DNA of 52,322 nt from Candidatus Scatenecus faecavium. Its GTDB lineage: Bacteria; Cyanobacteriota; Vampirovibrionia; Gastranaerophilales; Gastranaerophilaceae. Location of the stretch: contig DVJO01000153.1 in assembly GCA_018716745.1 (NCBI GenBank), positions 1-52,322 on the forward strand, written 5' to 3'. Of the stretch, positions 49,472 to 52,322 are shown in pieces (within the stretch, counting starts at the first letter, position 1; every line of letters starts with the position of its first letter). Under the pieces are notes generated by a model, which saw only the letters and a program-made list of their open reading frames with translations, was not told the origin of the DNA and made no database searches. Made by a program: the position numbers and the translations under genes.

Positions 49472-50287
49472 TTACTTCTCCTTTCCAATCATTTTGGAAA
49501 AGAATTTTTTAACTTTTGCCAGAACACCGTTGTCTTCTTCGAGATTCAGGAAGGGAACGTCTTCGCCGATAATTCTTTTTGCCACATTGTTGTAGGCTTT
49601 TCCTGCAAGAGAATTTTCGTCATTAACTATCGGGTCGCCTTTGTTTGTAGAAGTTATAATTCCTGTATCTTCCGGAATTATACCGATTAAATCGGCTGAA
49701 AGTATTTCAACAACGTCTTCTACACTCATCATATCATTTGACTTGATAAGGTTCGGGCGAACTCTGTTTAAAAGCAGTTTGTATGATTTAATTTCTTCTT
49801 TTGCCTCTAAAAGTCCGATAATTCTGTCGGCATCTCTGACGGCTGACATTTCAGGCGTTGTGACAACAATTGCTTCCGAGGCGCCGGCAACGGCATTTTG
49901 GAAACCTTGTTCAATACCTGCTGGACAGTCAACCAGAATGAAATCAAAGTCTTTTTGAAGTTCTTCGCAAATCTTTTTCAATTGTTCTTCTGTTACAGCT
50001 GTTTTATCTCTTGTTTGCGCTGCAGCAAGGAGGCAAAGATTTGGATTTTTCTTATCTTTTACAAGAGCTTGTTTTAATTTGCAGCGTTCTTCGACAACGT
50101 CCACAATTGTATAAACAATTCTGTTTTCAAGACCGAGCAAAAGGTCTAAGTTTCTTAAACCCAAGTCGGTATCTATCATTACAACTTTTTTTCCGGCTCT
50201 TGCGAGTGCTGTTCCGATGTTGGCGTTAGTGGTAGTTTTACCGACTCCGCCCTTTCCGGAAGTGATTACTATAACTCGACCGCTCAT
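49472..50287 (-). CDS. minD: Septum site-determining ATPase MinD
   Basis: 'RVIVITSGKGGVGKTTT' deviant Walker A, 'DTDLGLRNLDL', and a C-terminal amphipathic 'KVKKFFSKMIGK'. Confidence 0.95.
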   Translation of the reverse strand: MSGRVIVITSGKGGVGKTTTNANIGTALARAGKKVVMIDTDLGLRNLDLLLGLENRIVYTIVDVVEERCKLKQALVKDKKNPNLCLLAAAQTRDKTAVTEEQLKKICEELQKDFDFILVDCPAGIEQGFQNAVAGASEAIVVTTPEMSAVRDADRIIGLLEAKEEIKSYKLLLNRVRPNLIKSNDMMSVEDVVEILSADLIGIIPEDTGIITSTNKGDPIVNDENSLAGKAYNNVAKRIIGEDVPFLNLEEDNGVLAKVKKFFSKMIGKEK

Positions 50288-50318
50288 TATTTCTCCTTTT
50301 AAATTATTATTATAAAAA

Positions 50319-51209
50319 TTATGCTTCTCGTACCTTGTAGATAACTATGTGTTTTCTGCTTACTCTGGCTTCTTCCGGAGTAAATAAATCAGTTTTCTGG
50401 ACATACGGGATATTAACCGTATCGGGGCGTCTTGCAAAAATATCGCCTATTCTTAATTGAATTGCGTGAAGTTTGAGGGCGCGGATTCTTGAGTAATTAT
50501 TTCCGTCAGAACCGGCGTGGGCAATCCCGCCTAAAACACCCCAAACTGTAATATCGCCTTTTGCAATAATTTCAGCTCCGGGATTAACGTCACCGATTAT
50601 TACGATGTTTCCGTCAGATTTAAGGCTCTGGCCTGAACGCAAAGTCCGCTGAACATATAATGTCGGAAGCTTTTCTGCTTCTTTCATATGTTTTTTTATT
50701 TCTGCGATTGTTTCATCGTCTTCAGCTTCGTCGGCGAATTCATCTGTAGAAATTTTTTCTTCGGAGCGAACTTCTTCTGAAACTTCTTCTTCCGGAAATC
50801 TTTCTTCGAAATCACCTTCACCGAAAATTTTATCCAGAGCATTTTCAAGTTCCAGATTTACAGGAGTTTCGTTTTCTTCTTTTTCTTCGGAGGTTTCCTC
50901 TTTGAATTCGGGAGCTTCGACTTTATTTTCGAGTTCGGAAACCTTGATGCCTAAACTTTCTGCTGCAATTCTGGTTTCTTCACAAACAGTTGAAATAAAT
51001 TCCAACTCGCTGTCCATTGATTCTATCAAAGCTTTAACGCTGATAAGCTGCGACTGGTTAAGATTAACTGCGCCGAATTTTATGCAGACTTTTTTTTCTT
51101 TTGCTTCAGGCAAATCAAGAATTCTGCTCAATTCGTAGATAATTTCCGAAGTTTTGTGAGCGTTGCTTAAGTCAACGATAAACCCGTTTTCAATATATCC
51201 CTTTTCCAT
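50319..51209 (-). CDS. minC: Septum site-determining protein MinC (acidic central linker)
   Basis: C-terminal beta-helix 'RSGQSLKSDGNIVIIGDVNPGAEIIAKGDITVWG.L.G.AHAG'. Adjacency to minDE. RBS GGAAGGA before ATG 51209. Confidence 0.8.
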   Translation of the reverse strand: MEKGYIENGFIVDLSNAHKTSEIIYELSRILDLPEAKEKKVCIKFGAVNLNQSQLISVKALIESMDSELEFISTVCEETRIAAESLGIKVSELENKVEAPEFKEETSEEKEENETPVNLELENALDKIFGEGDFEERFPEEEVSEEVRSEEKISTDEFADEAEDDETIAEIKKHMKEAEKLPTLYVQRTLRSGQSLKSDGNIVIIGDVNPGAEIIAKGDITVWGVLGGIAHAGSDGNNYSRIRALKLHAIQLRIGDIFARRPDTVNIPYVQKTDLFTPEEARVSRKHIVIYKVREA

Positions 51210-51376
51210 ACTATTCCTTCCGTAATCCGGCTGCCGCTTCACAATTTTTACGGCTTCTAATAATTAAATTATAAAACACAATATCAATTATTATTCCATG
51301 ACAATACACGAAAAAATTTTTCTCTGCAATGATTTATTTCGAATTGTAATGTTTGTTTAAGGATGGAGGCAAAACA

Positions 51377-52321
51377 TTACACAAAAGTATCCAAATTCAC
51401 ACGTTTTTTAGCAAGGCGTTTGGCCAAATCTTCTTTTGTAATCATCCCGTCACCATTTACATCAAGTCCGGTGTTGCTTTCATAATAACTTTTTAGACTT
51501 CCATCGGAATTTCTTTCGCCTTTACGGCATAAAACCTCATTTGTCGCTCTGCCAGGAAGATATGTTGAAGCATACAAATCAGCGGCGCTTAATTTTTTAC
51601 CGCCGAATTTTTGTGTTGTAATTTTGTAAAACTTTTCCGCTAAATCAAGCTGTTCAATAGCAGACATTTTAGATACCTGTTCTTTTGTCAGATTTATTCC
51701 GTAAACCCTTTTTAAATCAGCAAGAGCAGGGTCTGTAAACTGAATAAGTCCTACAGCAGATTTTGAGCTATTCCACTTGTTCGGCTGCAAACCTGATTCT
51801 GAATTCATCACTGCAAGCAAATCCTGATAATCACAATTGATATTCTTTGCAACCTGCTTAACTTTTGCCAGAAAATCTTTGTTTAAATAATTCGCACTCA
51901 AAGTTGTATAAGAAGGTTTATAAGTGCTGCCTGGAACTTTTGAAGACGAAAAAGAATAAGAATTACCAATTCCCGAACCGTATGTCAGGTCTTTTAAATC
52001 GTCAAATCTTGGAGTTTCTGTAATCTGAGGTATTGCATAAACTCCTGGATTTGCAAACGAATATGATTTCGGAGTATAAAACCCAACCCTGTCATAAAGA
52101 CTGTTATAATTTTGGAGATTTGAATTATTATTCCAAGACGGCATGATAATTGGCGTGAAAGTTTGAGTAAACATTGGCTGAGGCGTTTTGAAAACAGACT
52201 CAAAACCATTGTTCATTATCTGCATAGCCGTATTGAAAACTGCAAAAGGATTATAAAAATAATTAAAACTGTACGGAACAAAAGGCATAAATCTATTGCA
52301 GCATCCGCCGAACCCGAACAT
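51377..52321 (-). CDS. Partial (5' end outside the window): lysozyme-like/lytic transglycosylase-domain protein with a C-terminal EF-hand/dockerin-like Ca-binding motif and an N/F/Y/P-rich low-complexity N-terminal region
   Basis: 'MNSESGLQPNKWNSSKSAVGLIQFT' (catalytic E-S ... GL.Q pattern) and 'DVNGDGMITKEDL'. The ORF is open to the window end. Confidence 0.5.
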   Translation of the reverse strand: MFGFGGCCNRFMPFVPYSFNYFYNPFAVFNTAMQIMNNGFESVFKTPQPMFTQTFTPIIMPSWNNNSNLQNYNSLYDRVGFYTPKSYSFANPGVYAIPQITETPRFDDLKDLTYGSGIGNSYSFSSSKVPGSTYKPSYTTLSANYLNKDFLAKVKQVAKNINCDYQDLLAVMNSESGLQPNKWNSSKSAVGLIQFTDPALADLKRVYGINLTKEQVSKMSAIEQLDLAEKFYKITTQKFGGKKLSAADLYASTYLPGRATNEVLCRKGERNSDGSLKSYYESNTGLDVNGDGMITKEDLAKRLAKKRVNLDTFV

Positions 52322-52322
52322 A

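Noticed and set aside
1-52322. Mobile elements, prophage, defence islands, CRISPR arrays, tRNA/rRNA genes
   Set aside because: Reading both strands, I recognised no transposase, integrase or recombinase motifs, no regularly spaced direct repeats, no inverted terminal repeats flanking a cargo, and no cloverleaf or T-loop consensus in the intergenic regions.

Overview
A 52.3 kb low-GC bacterial chromosomal segment, mostly housekeeping genes, with no CRISPR array, rRNA or tRNA gene, transposase or integrase that I could recognise. The best-supported content is:

- **Ribosomal protein cluster:** a minus-strand S10-spc cluster (rpsJ to rplR, 38.9-48.7 kb), preceded by minCDE.
- **Translation genes:** a stand-alone fusA, pheT and rplI.
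- **Central metabolism:** ppdK, folD, a four-subunit 2-oxoacid:ferredoxin oxidoreductase operon, fixCX, rsmD and manC.
- **Other calls:** an Slt-type lytic transglycosylase, a GlcD-like FAD oxidase, a glutaredoxin, a Ycf45/R3H-type ATPase and a DnaJ-class protein.

The Ycf45-like ATPase, MinCDE, type IV pilin and anaerobic ferredoxin enzymes together suggest a non-photosynthetic cyanobacteria-related (Melainabacteria-like) or similar gut or anaerobic lineage. That placement is inference only.

The unusual items are:

1. A 784-aa protein has a type IV prepilin N-terminus. It sits downstream of a duplicated promoter/leader cassette that contains a C12 homopolymer and an intrinsic terminator.
2. 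A 1768-aa acidic coiled-coil protein carries two internal tandem-repeat families.
3. A roughly 620-nt ORF-free, GC-enriched transcript candidate (7.3-7.95 kb) is bounded by a promoter-like site and a clean terminator. A second GC-rich ORF-free island follows folD.
4. pheT is interrupted by one in-frame TAA.
5. The ribosomal protein cluster has very long structured spacers, some sharing sequence, an internal terminator-like hairpin, an unknown 110-aa gene inserted between rplF and rplR, and a break after rplR.
6. A mini-ORF with a perfect Shine-Dalgarno (SD) sequence plus a terminator lies upstream of rplI.

No homology or folding computation was possible. Protein calls rest on motifs read from the ORF translations.
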